Assembly: GCA_951406725.2 (NCBI GenBank)
Contig: OX597828.1
Coordinates: forward strand, 75,640,001-75,704,000
Direction: 5' to 3'
Length of the DNA stretch: 64,000 nt
Source: Octopus vulgaris
Taxonomy: Eukaryota
Made by a program: the position numbers and the translations under genes. The notes beneath the pieces are model-generated. The model saw nothing but the letters and a program-made list of their open reading frames with translations. It searched no databases and was not told where the DNA came from. How positions within the stretch are numbered: the first letter of the stretch is position 1; every line of letters begins with the position of its first letter. Of this stretch, positions 12,587-24,849 are shown piece by piece.

Positions 12587-15382
12587 GAGAGACTGACAGA
12601 TAGTCAGAGACGGAGAGAAATTGTCAAACAGAATGACAAAGAATGTGGGAAGAGAAAGAACGCCTGAGGTTTAAGTGAATTGGCTTCAATAAAACATCCT
12701 TGCCGTGGCCGACGAACTCTTACCGGCGGTGTGCGCTCGTACATACAGTCAGAAAAACAATATAAAATGTCTACCGCACATCTAATTAACCGTGGACCAA
12801 CTAGCGGGGCGTCAGCAATTAAAAGCGAGAATTTTCCGACAAGTTTTGTGTTTGTTAAGACTCAATAAAAACCTCTCTGTTAAACTAAACTATTAGATAC
12901 CGAATTAAAGACAAATCTATCTTACGAGGAATGAACTGAACAAATTGTTGCTAGTGTACAGGAATGTAGGTAATTGGAAATATATGACCGACGGAGATGA
13001 ATAGCGAATTGCCAAACAGAGAGATTACGAATTATATAAAGACAAAGCCTGAAATCTTATTGGATAAAAATCTGCATTTAAAAGTGAGGATTGCTTCAAT
13101 TACATGACTTTTCTTAAGTTTCGTGAGATATCGCTTTCCGCTACCTAAGTTATGAAAAACACATATATTTACGAATAATATAAATATTGATGGAATAATA
13201 TATTGAAGAAATGCATTTAAAAAATTTAGTTTATATCAGAACATAACTGAAAAAAGATATAAACCATCTAATCCGGCTCAATGTTTCAAGTACAAATCTC
13301 GCCATGAGAAATTTCACTTTTAATAACTCTGGGTTTCATAAGCCAGCTAACAGACACGCCAGATGATTTCATTCGACTGTGTATGTTCAAACAAATTGGA
13401 GTCACTTTACATATGTAATGAATCGCTATTTTAAATATATGTATTTAGCAGGGCGTACAAAAGCAAATAAGTTATTGAACATAAACAGAAATTACTTGAC
13501 TTTGGAAAAAAGATATATCTCGTTGATTGATATTGATTCACACCACGTGGTTTGAACTCTGCTTAGATCGTCTGTTTAGACTTCATGACAGTGTCGGAGG
13601 TATGTTGAGAGAAGAGTGGAGATGAAATAAGCTGAGGTAATTTATATCTACTCTCGGCTGCATTTTGTCCACAACGCTGTTTAAATTCAATTAAAACGAA
13701 CTGAACTGTACCAAATATATCATATATCACACAGTTCAGTCACTAGTGGTCACCTGACACAAGTGATTTATAGAAACAAATAAATGATTGCAAAAATATT
13801 TTCAATAAAGTAAATGGTAAATAAAAGTGTTCCTCGAGTCAAAGTTCCTTGCATTTATATATATATTTTTTTCGGAACCAGATATATTAGGAACGCTCTA
13901 AATTCTTCGTCTATTTCTGATTTCTTTTTTCAGCAAACATTAATCTTTTTTTTTTTCCACAAGATTCGCCATTAATAAACGTCGTAAAACTCTCTTACGC
14001 TGTTTACTAAAGAAACTATTACAATCACTTTTGTTTATATTATTTATATTATATTTATATTGTATTATTTTTTGCATGTTTTTGCTTGTTTTAATGATTT
14101 ATTTATCCGGAAACATCTGTGACGGAAACAAATCAAAGAGAAAATAAAAACAGTTAAAAATATAAACTAACATAAACTTGAAATAATCAGAAGATAAATT
14201 ATTAATTAAATTGAACAAACGAAAATTCGTCATTAAAAATCTTAAATTGCCATCGTGGGTCATTAGAAATTTTCTGATTTACTGTTGAGATTACAAGTTC
14301 ACGTGTTTTAAGTTTATAAATAAATAGCAAAAATTATATATATTTAAATATACAAGAAACAATAAGCGGACAGACTGTTTCTTAGATATCTGGATTCAGG
14401 TTACAGGCCCGAATATGTCCCCCTTCATCATATAATGCTTTATGGGCTTATGATCACGTGACACTGGCAGAGTTGCAAAATATATACTCAGTAAGATTCC
14501 GAATTCTATCAAATGAAAATGAAAAAAAGTTGCGGTTCTAAAAAGTAATAAATTGTTGAACTAATAGATTTATGTCGGAGAGAATTTTATCAGACATTAA
14601 GACAAATTTAACGTCTTTAATTTTCTTCAATGTCCATTAGTGTTGTAGATTTTATTGAAAGAAAAAATGGAAAGAAAAAAAACAAGGGAAATTTAAAACA
14701 AATTCGGATAAACAAACTGTAAGAGGAATAAAAAAAAGTCGTTTTGATACGATTCAGAAAAGGACTGTAGAGATATCGTTGAATGTTATTCGCTTCGGTG
14801 ATAAGCAAACTTGTACAAGCTTAATAACTCTGAGAACGGCATGTAGGTCTCTAAAAAGCATCTATTTTGTTTTATGTGTATGCATACCATACAACTTAGT
14901 CAAATATGCGAAACGTAGTTTCAAATTCGATTATATTTGTGTGTGTGTGTGTGTGTGTGAGTGTGTGTGCGTGTGTGTGTATGTAGTTGGGTGGTATATG
15001 CGTACATAGACGCGCACGAGTTTTGTTATGTAAAATTATATAAAAAAGAAAGCAACTTAACATTAGACTGAAGAATGACTCTGACAGTGAGTGGAGTTTC
15101 GGTTTGCTTCACTTCTGCAGAACAGTTTTTATTTTTTCAAAGCATCGTCGCTTCGGTCCCATGGAACCCCAGACATAGTGGTGCAGGAATAAAAACAATC
15201 GCAATGAAATAAATTTCAAATCTATGAAATCTAAATCGATTTATGGAAATCAATATAGCCTTTTACTGGTTAAAAAAAAACAGGTATTGTTAAAGACATT
15301 TTAATTATATTTACAAAAAAAAACTTTCCAGCCAATTTCTCAAATAAACTTTCTCAAATTCAAATTGTATGTGTGGGTCGAG

Positions 15383-15494
15383 GGGGTAGTCGAAGAACGC
15401 GGCTCAAAAGGGATCATCAGGGTTAGAACAGCGAATCTAACACCCCTAGTTACCTTCACCCCTAACCCTAACCCTAACCCCTTCGCAGTACCCC
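15383..15494. repeat. Short element with (CCCTAA)3 and imperfect inverted ends
   Basis: ggggtagtcgaag ... cttcgcagtacccc; internal agggttag and cccctaaccctaaccctaaccc. Confidence 0.4.
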
Positions 15495-15701
15495 AATCCT
15501 GTTACATTGTAAATTGCTTCCGGACTATTTCATATACTCGACAAAGTGTGGATCACCTCGTGCGACATTGCTGACACCATCCTAGACTTCTAGAACCTTT
15601 TTTCATTGCCAATATGTTCGTTACCTAATTAACGTTGTTTTAGGGAATTAGGAAGATTATATAAAGGAACAAAAATAGTAAATCACTGCATTGGGACTAT
15701 A

Positions 15702-16098
15702 CCTTTATCTTTTACTCGCTTTAGTCATTATAGTCCGGCCATGCTGGAACACTACCATGACGAATTTTCAGTTCGAACGAATCGCCCTCTCCCCACGCAC
15801 ATCACTGTTCTTATTTCATCTTCTTAAAGCCTGGTACTTATTCTACCGCTACCTTTTGTCAAACCAGAGGTTACGCGGACCAACATCGGTTGTCAAGTGG
15901 TGATGCCAGACAGGGACACAAAAACATACCCACACACACATTATCTATCTATCTAGCCACTACGCACACACACACGCATACACCTATATATATATATATA
16001 CGACAGGCTTCTTTCAGTTTCCGCCTACAAAATCCACTCACAAGACTATGCTCGGCCCCGAGGCTCTACTAGAAAACACTTTCCCAAGATGACACGCA
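15702..16098 (-). mobile_element. SINE family A
   Basis: ggccatgctggaacac tail, internal (CA)/(TA), cgacaggcttctttcagtttcc...aaatccactcacaag. Confidence 0.8.
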
Positions 16099-16136
16099 AA
16101 GTTCTGTGTGGGAATCTTGGGTAAAATTTTGTAACA

Positions 16137-16310
16137 ATGTCCTTAAAGGTGAACTTATTGCATTCACGGTTAGACATCTTTCCTAAAAACTTAGGTCAGG
16201 GCAGTGAGGAACATGGTGAGAAATTCCATCGGGACATTGTTGCAATGGGGGAAGAGATACCACGTTAGATGGGACACTGCCATAATGGGAGACCATATAC
16301 GGCCACTTAC
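16137..16310 (+). pseudogene. Chapaev3-like (CMC) transposase C-terminal relic
   Basis: MSLKVNLLHSRLDIFPKNLGQGSEEHGEKFHRDIVAM, frameshift, RYHVRWDTAIMGD; matches the recalled motif MSLK.HFLHSHLDFFPENLG.VSDEHGERFHQDI..ME.RYQGRW. Confidence 0.7.
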
Positions 16311-16491
16311 CCGTAAATATAAATGAGCTCACATGATCTTTAATGCCTTTCTAGTGTAAACTCATCGAATGCCTACTTACATTTTCTGATTAGCTTAAAG
16401 TGAAATGCAAAAAAATAATACAAAAGTATTACTTCATTGATATTGTTACACAATATGAATAAAGTCAATAAACCACTTTTGCAACAAAGTA

Positions 16492-16764
16492 TAGTAATCC
16501 CTCGCAATATTGTGGTCCACCTATCGCGGTCCTATCGCGGTCCACCTATCGCGGTCCACCTATCGCGGTCCACCTATCGCGTTTCCCCTATCGCGGTCCA
16601 CCTATCGCGTTTCCCCTATCGCGGTTTATTACTTAAGCTTATGTCGATTCCTCCGTGGTGTTGTTTTGCATTTATGATAAAATAAATATATACAAATAAA
16701 CATAATAAAAGAATATGCAGTACAGTACTGTTTCTACTTCGCGGATTTTGTCGAGGGATTACTA
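16492..16764. mobile_element. Tc1/mariner (pogo/Tigger-like) MITE
   Basis: 13-bp perfect TIR tagtaatccctcg / cgagggattacta, TA on both flanks, internal tandem ccacctatcgcggt units. Confidence 0.8.
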
Positions 16765-16999
16765 TAGTTTTCATCTTCCAATATGAAACCCTAATTATTT
16801 CTTAAACTATTGATGGTAGGCAAAATCTCAGGGCATTTTTTGAGAACAGGAAAAGAATAACAGCAAGAAACGCTGGAAAACAAAACTGGTGTTACACGGT
16901 GTAATGCCTCGGAGACGGGCAATGGCAAAAAATAATAGTTCATTGTTATATAAGCAGAACGCTTGCAATATTGTGATATGAGGAAAATCGGTTCCATTG

Positions 17000-17255
17000 A
17001 GGATTGGTGCTCAACTGGTACTCATTTCATCGGTTCCGAAAGGATACAATGCTAAGTCAACCTCTGACGAATTTTGAATTCAGAGTATAAAGACGGACGA
17101 AATGCCGCTTCTAGCACGCTGCTTTTGGTTTCTAATTGGGGCACAAGGCGTACAATTTTGATTGAGGGCATGGGGTTAGTCTATGCCATCGATCCCAGTA
17201 CCTGAAAGATTCTTTATTTCATCGATCCCTGAAGGGGTGAAAGACAACGGAGGCC
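17000..17255 (-). mobile_element. Two adjacent degenerate SINE family B fragments
   Basis: ctcaactggtac...catcg..ccgaaagga; second ggcacaaggc...catcgatcccagtac. Confidence 0.6.
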
Positions 17256-17974
17256 TAATAATAAGAAACAAAGAAAGAAAGAAAGTGAATAGTTCTTACA
17301 CAAGGTGAGAATATAGGAAGACGAAAATGAGAAAAAAGAGGAAAAAGAGGACAACTTTTCCACAACAACAAATTAAGCTAGGACAGCAGCAACAAATACG
17401 ACAATAACAACCAACACACACCGTTATGCTAACGACAACCTAGAACAATTACAACAACAACAACAGTTAATATCAGAGACAACAGCTACAACAACACCAA
17501 CTCGATTATCGATCAAACAACTTTTTAATCAAACGGACTAATATTCGGTGTCATGTCTACATCGATTTTCGGTTCATTGGAAATGCGGCGGCATGGATGT
17601 AATGAAGGCTGTGATAGTAGTAGTAGTAGTAGTATCCGTGCAAGTGATGGTTTTGGTTTTGCTTTGTGGTGAATGAAAAGAAGAAAAAAGAAAGGAATGG
17701 AGAATAAAGAGGAAGAGAAAAGCGTGGTTGTGGAAGTTATAGAAATATTTTATCAACAGATTATAAAACTCATCAGACCGGAAGTGGAGAACTTACTACC
17801 TTACGTAAAGAAGAAGGGGAAGTCTAAACGCTTTGAATTACGTTTCCGCAAGCAAGATAACCTGACGCTGGAGACACAATACAAAATCCTATATAAAATA
17901 TACACCCCAATCCTCATAGTCGCACAGTCAGCTGACGAACAGGAAGTACTATTTCTGTATTTGTATCACACACA

Positions 17975-18008
<34 letters not shown>

Positions 18009-18769
18009 TATATACTATTTCTGTATTTCTATCATACACACACACACACACACACAGTTTTATACTGAAGAAATCCGCTACAGCACCACGTGCGTCAGGT
18101 TCGATTACACTGCAAGGTGTGTTCCGTGTTTCCATAGTCCTGATTTAATTTACGGAAAAATTTAGGTGGATGAGTGTCCGTCGAATCGACAGAGTCCAGT
18201 TTACTGCCGTGGAATAGATCGAACTGTGAAGGACGTTAATTGCAAATCATTTCTGTAATGAGCCAAGTAAACTAGTGAATATTCTACTTCGTAACAAGGT
18301 GTCGAGAAGACTTGACGGCGTTAACCAAGCTTTACTTACAAACACGCACGCACAAATATATCATCGCTATAGAGTCTTAGGCACATAATATTTATGGCGT
18401 GGTGGTCATTCTTAGACCGAGAATGGCACCGGGAGTTATCCCTGCGATAGACTTGGTGTGGTTACGTATTTATAATTTTAGCTTTGAAAATCTGGAGAAA
18501 ATACGGCCTCCTCGAGGCATGACCATAGGTATAGATCAGGTTCGATGTTATCAGATTAAAATCAAGCGGTATGTAATGCATAGCTGTATGTTATGTACAA
18601 GTAACTCATCACCAGCGATAATGGCACACAGGCAGGAAATAATCTCACTATAGGTAAGCATGTATTGCGCTTGGGTCAGTTAAGTCGAAGGTAGTAAATC
18701 AGTAATTATTTCAGTAGCCGAGGTTTCAATACGCCTGTACGTGTAGTTTCTCCTTTTCTTATGATACTG

Positions 18770-18987
18770 CTTTCAAAGCTTGACACAAGGACAGTAATTT
18801 CAGTGGATGGGGGTAAGTTGATTACATCGACACCAATGCTCAACTGGTACTTTTTTAATGCTATCAACCCCAGAAAGATGAAAACGTAGTCGACCTGTGC
18901 GGAATTTGAACTTAGAACGTAAAGACGGACAAAATGCTGATAATCATTTTCCCCGGCATTCTAGCGATTCTGTCAGATCGCTGCCTT
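18770..18987 (-). mobile_element. SINE family B, near full length
   Basis: ctcaactggtac...gtcgacct...ggaatttgaacttagaacg...cgattctgtcagatcgctgcctt. Confidence 0.8.
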
Positions 18988-19221
18988 CTTTTCTGACACT
19001 ATTCATAGATTGTGTTACGTCTATCCGTAGTCAGTTCTCGACATAAAACATAAAACTCTTCGAATTATGATAAAAGTAAACAAAGTTTTCTTTTAGAAGC
19101 ACTAAGATGCATTGAAAGATACAGATGAGGAGATAATTTATTCTCGAACGCAGAATAATATGCTGACAGAACAGCAAGAACAAGATAATATATCCATATT
19201 TTGCGGAAAAATTTGTCAGCA

Positions 19222-19291
19222 GCCAGCCACGAGAGTCGAACTCATATCCTGCGATTAACAGCCAAGTGCTTCACCATTAAGCTAAACTGGC
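19222..19291 (-). pseudogene. tRNA-Asn(GTT)-like sequence (pseudo-tRNA or SINE head)
   Basis: GCCAGTT-TA-GCTT AATGGTG AAGC-A-CTTGG CTGTTAA TCGCA-GGAT-ATGAG TTCGACT CTCGT-GGCTGGC; acceptor, D and T stems pair; anticodon stem has two mismatches. Confidence 0.6.
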
Positions 19292-19754
19292 CACTGACAA
19301 ATTAATTCACAATTTTTGAACTTATAAATGTAGCTTTTATATTAAATTAAAATTAAAATAAATGTAAACAAAGTGTGTTTTTAGAAATGAAAACTCTTCT
19401 GTGCAAATTACTCCTACTCTGGTCGACTTTATGGATACTTAATGGATGCAGGAATAACTTAAAAGGTTCGCCTCACAACCCTGAGGATCCAATTTTAACC
19501 TATACAATATCGTGATCATCTGGCTTTTGAGGGTTTTGGACACTAAATCCTGGAATGACCAATGGCTTGGGAGCAGAAGCTGTTAGAGGGGCAATACGCG
19601 GAGGCCTGTCGAGTACACACATATACATGGCCATACGTTTGTGTGTGTGTGTGTATGTGAGTGATTATGTATTTCACCGATGTATATTTATTCGAAAGCA
19701 CCGACTTTTCAATGCTTCGTAAACTAGATTTTTGTCTGGTATTTATTCAACCTT

Positions 19755-20177
19755 GGATCTTTTCGGTTTGAACGGCAGTTTTTACATAATTTCTAGGAAA
19801 CTAAAAATTTTAAACTTCGTATACTGATAGAATGTGTTTATAAAACATCATTTTCTCTTGGCTTTATTGAGAAAATTCTGTAGTTTGCAAGATATTTGTT
19901 GTTTTTTTCTTCAATATCAGCAATTTCAACCAATCACTGACGTCTATTGAAGTAAAAAACATTCTTTACCGTATGAATATGTCACTCGTTTAAGAAACAG
20001 ATTGGGTTTATTTACATTTGTGAAGAAAAAAAGATACCCTTCCCCCACCCCTAACCCTAACTAACCCTAACCCTAAAACAGATTGAAATACAATAGATCT
20101 ATACTAGGGTCATAATTATGGGTGACAATTTCATATGACACCGCTAGAAAAAACTGCCGTTCAAACCGAAAAGATCC
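19755..20177. mobile_element. MITE with 29-bp perfect TIRs and 8-bp TSD (Merlin-like or hAT-like)
   Basis: TIR ggatcttttcggtttgaacggcagttttt at both ends; TSD tcaacctt at 19747-19754 and 20178-20185; internal CCCTAA repeats. Confidence 0.92.
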
Positions 20178-20482
20178 TCAACCTTTGTATAACATACCAG
20201 TAATTGTTACTCTTTCAGTCTTAAATGCAGTCACCGATGTCTAACTCGGTGCGCTACTGTTCACTAAAGGCTTTAATCAGTGAAGTAGACAAATATTTAA
20301 AGACAGTCCAAACTTCAAAATCCAATATTAGCAAAGATATTTTGTTTCAACTGTTCGTTGCTAAAGGAAGATGTTTTCGTAATTTTACACTCACAGAAAC
20401 ATATGCGCTTACACACACACACACATCTATAAAAATATGTACATACATACATATATATATTAATATAAAAATATATGAGCGT

Positions 20483-20539
<57 letters not shown>

Positions 20540-21145
20540 CACATATTCAAAGCATGATGGTGTCACCATATTTGTTACTTGCATCATTACAAAAATCATT
20601 GAATGAAACAGCAAACGTGTCGGGGAAAAAAATCAGAGAAAATTTAATTCTAGGATTAATATTAGTATTACATTCTCCAACAAGGGAACGAACTCCAGAC
20701 ATGCTTCCGCTTCAGTGCAATTCTCCTCAGTGATTTTGTAGCCTAACCATATTGAAGTTAAGTAAAAATCGAAATATTTTACACTCCTGCTACGATTTGT
20801 CGCATTTCTACAACTTAAATGTTGTTCATGAACTCAGTACACTCAGCGTGCAGCTTTTTCTTTCAAGATGACTAAGTTCATCTCATTAGGCTTAACTTCA
20901 TACAGCACACAAACACACACACACACATACACACGCACACGCAGACACACATACCCACGGTATGGTGTGATTCTCAAGTTCTTTTAACCTTTAGATGCTG
21001 TATAAAATTATTTTTTATATTATTGTTTAAAATTAGTTGTACTGTATATTTTATGCAATCTCTGCTATTTTTTGTGGACTATTTTCATTTATATATATAT
21101 GAATGCCATAATGTGTGTACATATGCGTGTGTGCGTATGTGTGTG

Positions 21146-21180
<35 letters not shown>

Positions 21181-21182
<2 letters not shown>

Positions 21183-21560
21183 CTTTTATCCGTTACTGGT
21201 TACAGTCATTGGACAGCAGCCATGTTGGGGTATCACCTTGAGAATTCTAATCGAATGAATCAACGTCAGTACCTTTTCAAAACCTGGTATATATTCTGTC
21301 AGTCTCTTTTGCCAAACGGTAAAATTACGGGGGCGTAAACACACCAACATTCACCGTCAAGCAGAGGCGAGACACACATACACATACATAAATTATACAC
21401 TGTGGTCTTTTAGTTTCAGTTTTTCCAAATCCACCCACCAGTGTTTGGTCGACCCAAAGCTGTAGTAAACATCACTTGCCGAAGGTGCAATGCAGTGCGG
21501 TTGAACCCGTAACCCTATAGTTAGGAAGGAAACGTCTTACAACATTGCTACGACTTCACC
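21181..21560 (-). mobile_element. SINE family A (degenerate, near full length)
   Basis: cagtcattggacagcagccatgttgggg tail to aaatccac...cacttgccgaaggtgc...ttgaaccc head. Confidence 0.75.
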
Positions 21561-21583
21561 TATTTGATATATATATGTATATA

Positions 21584-22590
21584 CTAGCATAAAGTGACCT
21601 GCTCTACGCGCGGGTGATGGTGTGGTTGTTACCTTCTGTTGCTTCCTTTCTGTTTCTTATCGCCACATTCTCCTTCTTTGTTTCTTCTCCTTTTTCTCTC
21701 ACTTTCCCACTCTCTTACTCTTCCTTTCTCTCGGACTCTTCCTCGCTTTCTCTCACCCTCTCTCTCCCATTTATAAAGAACACAAGATCTTGAGTAAGTC
21801 GAGAAGGAAAATATTTTGAAAGATCAATCATAAATATCAGGCAGTGACAACGGAAAGGTCTGCTTGAATGCGGACAGCAAAACACTAACATTTAAAAGGG
21901 ACAGACGAACTTGCGAGCTGAATAAAAAGAAATATTGGAAACTAAAGTTTGAAAGAATAGAATCTGAGGATAGTAGACTCCCGATGGCTGGCATTGAAAA
22001 CTTCTTAACCACGGACAGCAACGATTTAAAGGCTGGCGCCAATTTTTTAGCTCGATTAACAGAGAATTCCTAAACACCCACTCCTGTAAATTTTAATCCC
22101 CTTCCAACACCATTTAGACCCCTTTTTACATAAAAATCCAATTTGTATCAACTTAATAATTCACCGTTCTAAAAGACCTGTGGCGCGAATATTTAAACTT
22201 TTACGGCTGTCAACGCTTTCTTTCTATAGATACAGACAGACGTACAGTGAGAGAGGTGATGGAAGAAAGAGTGACAGAGAGACGGCGAAGCTGTCAAACG
22301 TCGTTATAGAGAGAAAGTGGAGGGAAAGAAGGAAGGAAAGAGAGAGACGAAGAAAGAGAGAGTGATATGCGAAAGAGAGAAACGACAACACTTGTCAAAG
22401 TGTGGGCTTTGTTGCCCTAGTAACCACAGCTTTTGAGATATGGGTTTCTAATCTAGTCCACTCAATTTCTCGCCTCTTTTTACATGGTCTTGTAAATTTT
22501 GGAGCCAATACGACCCCATCTAGTGCCCCTTAACCCGTTCCAATCCCCAAATGAGACAAACTTTTCGCATTTCAGCTTTCTAGATATTGA
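21584..22590 (-). mobile_element. Non-autonomous Helitron
   Basis: Minus-strand 3' end acccgcgcgtagagcaggt hairpin + ...gCTAG|t at 21587-21584; candidate 5' TC at 22590 (alternative near 22230). Confidence 0.5.
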
Positions 22591-22602
22591 TATATATAGT
22601 AA

Positions 22603-22865
22603 AGGTACATGGCCTAGTAGTGAGGGTGTTGCGCACACAATCGTGAGATCGTGGTTTCAATTCCTGGACTGAGTGATGCACTTCATCTCACGTTGCACTG
22701 CGATGCTCAGCAATCTCTTCGACACTTGACGTGAGACACACCGTGCACGTGTTCAGACAACGTCAATTTGACGGAGGGTTTGAGCCAATGTCCAGCACAT
22801 ACATCTGATCACTATGAAACAAACCACTTGTGCAGATTGTTTCGCAAGTAATTGCAGAACCGTCT
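22603..22865 (+). mobile_element. tRNA-derived SINE, third family
   Basis: tggcctagtagtg A-box-like and ggtttcaattcc B-box-like head, followed by a non-tRNA body ending at (CA)n. Confidence 0.55.
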
Positions 22866-22883
22866 TTCTCGGACTACGAAAAA

Positions 22884-22926
<43 letters not shown>

Positions 22927-23315
22927 CAAACACACACACATGTATACACATACATATAGATATGCACACATACATATACACACGTACAAATATATGCATA
23001 CGCACATACACCAACACAAACGCGCACACACATATATATATAATCATACATACACACATATAAACATACATGGCACCTAAAATCAATGTACTAGATTTTC
23101 TCGTTCTCGCTCATTAGACTGCGTAGAGTCTGGAGTGTGATGCCAGGTAACACAGTCTGATAATACAAGCGAGAAGCTATAAAGAAATGATTTACTTAAT
23201 ACACCTACATATACTCTATAGCTGCATTGAGTACTCTTTTTCAATCCATCAACAACGTGTGAGAGAGAAAAAGGGAAATTGAGAGAGAGAAAAGTATATA
23301 CCTATATATATGTAC

Positions 23316-23360
<45 letters not shown>

Positions 23361-23628
23361 CACACACGCGTATATATATATTTACAGAAAGAGAGAGAGA
23401 GAGGGAGGGAGAGAGAGGAATAAAGATAACGTGTGTGTGTGTTCTGAATAAAGCTCGAAAGACGTTAAAAGTCACCATACACACATACCAGGTTGATGTG
23501 TTTTAAAGGAAATATCCGTCATGAATGTGAAAAACTTGAACTCAAACCAGACACAAACACGCGCAGACAATACTCAACATACACACATAAATATATATAT
23601 ATGAGCAACCCGAGGCGCAGGAGAACGA

Positions 23629-23685
<57 letters not shown>

Positions 23686-24179
23686 GAGAGAAATATAGTG
23701 ATACTTCGCGTCTTCAAATAAATAATTATATCACAAAACAGAAATGTAACTGTGTATGAGTGTGTGTATGAGTGTGCTCGTGTACAACTATCTCCGTCAT
23801 TGATAATAAGCATACGTTTGTCTGTGACTACATGAAAGTGTGTTCTGAAAGACAATTATTTTACATATTGCGACACATAGATAAGTAAACGGAGAGAAAA
23901 GCATTAGCTGATTAAGGGGGAACTTGTAATCAACACACACACGCACACACCGAGTTAACTGTCATCAACTGGAGCCCTTATTACACAATAATGTAATGTC
24001 AAAGAGCGCTGTTCTACCATAAATCTACGAGCTTTTACTGATTCAAGAATGAGTTTTATTAATAAATTAATGTGACTTCTAGAAAGACGCTTTGTCAGAT
24101 ATCTGAGACAATCTTTCTATACTCTATACTGATGGTTCTACGACCCAGTCCCTTTCAGAAATCGTTACCCCTATACGTT

Positions 24180-24480
24180 AAGACAAGATGGATCGTTAAG
24201 TACAAAACTCATGACAGGGTTTCTAACGAAGTTATTTTGCAGAGGGCAGAACGTAAGGAGTATTATTGCTCTGATGTTGAGAAATATTTAAATTTTACAT
24301 GTCTTAATTGTGTCATAGTTGGAAATCGTGAAACAGGACTTATATATACAAAAAAAAAAAGATGGAAAACAATACAGAAAGAACTGAAAGACATATTGGA
24401 AGGAAGACATTCCTGTGCTGAAGACAGAGCAGCACGGCACAGCATTTATGAGGCTGTTGCCACATTGGCAATGAAAGCAT
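24180..24480 (+). mobile_element. Degenerate RTE-like LINE C-terminal fragment
   Basis: DRVSNEVILQRA...GNRETG...KKRWK...AEDRAARHSI resembles the RTE ORF end (D.VSNEEVL.RA...G.R..G...RWKD...A.DR..WR). Confidence 0.55.
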
Positions 24481-24849
24481 GAGGATAACTAATTAACTGC
24501 AATATCTCGAGGTGACCAGAATAGGATACGAGAGGTTTATGTAATGACTGGGCTCTCCTTATGTCATTAAAGGCCGCAACTGGTCCGCTAATCAATCAAT
24601 TATAAGAAGTAACTGTGGCTGATAAAGTATTTGAGGCAAAGGTCCGTACATCCCAGCATGCTAATAAAAAAAATAGTACTTTTTGTAGAATATTTATAGT
24701 GCTTTTGGTGCCTGCCGCCAAATCAACATACTTTTACCATATGAATTTTGTGTAGAGGCAATAATAGATATTTTAAGAGCGCAAAGCTTTGCAAATGGTC
24801 CTGTAGAACATCTGTTCAGAATTGATAAAAATAAAAGCAATTCCAGCAA

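Noticed and set aside
16515-16625. CRISPR-like short repeat array
   Set aside because: Tandem units have no unique spacers, lie inside a MITE, and there are no cas genes; eukaryotic context
17945-18060. Local duplication of tactatttctgtatt + (CA)n; similar short duplications near 44425 and 47545
   Set aside because: Ordinary slippage duplications with no further structure
19222-19291. Functional tRNA-Asn gene
   Set aside because: Anticodon stem is mismatched and the sequence is unlike the conserved eukaryotic tRNA-Asn; kept only as tRNA-like
20048-20076. True telomere or chromosome fusion site
   Set aside because: Only about four hexamers, internal to a TIR element
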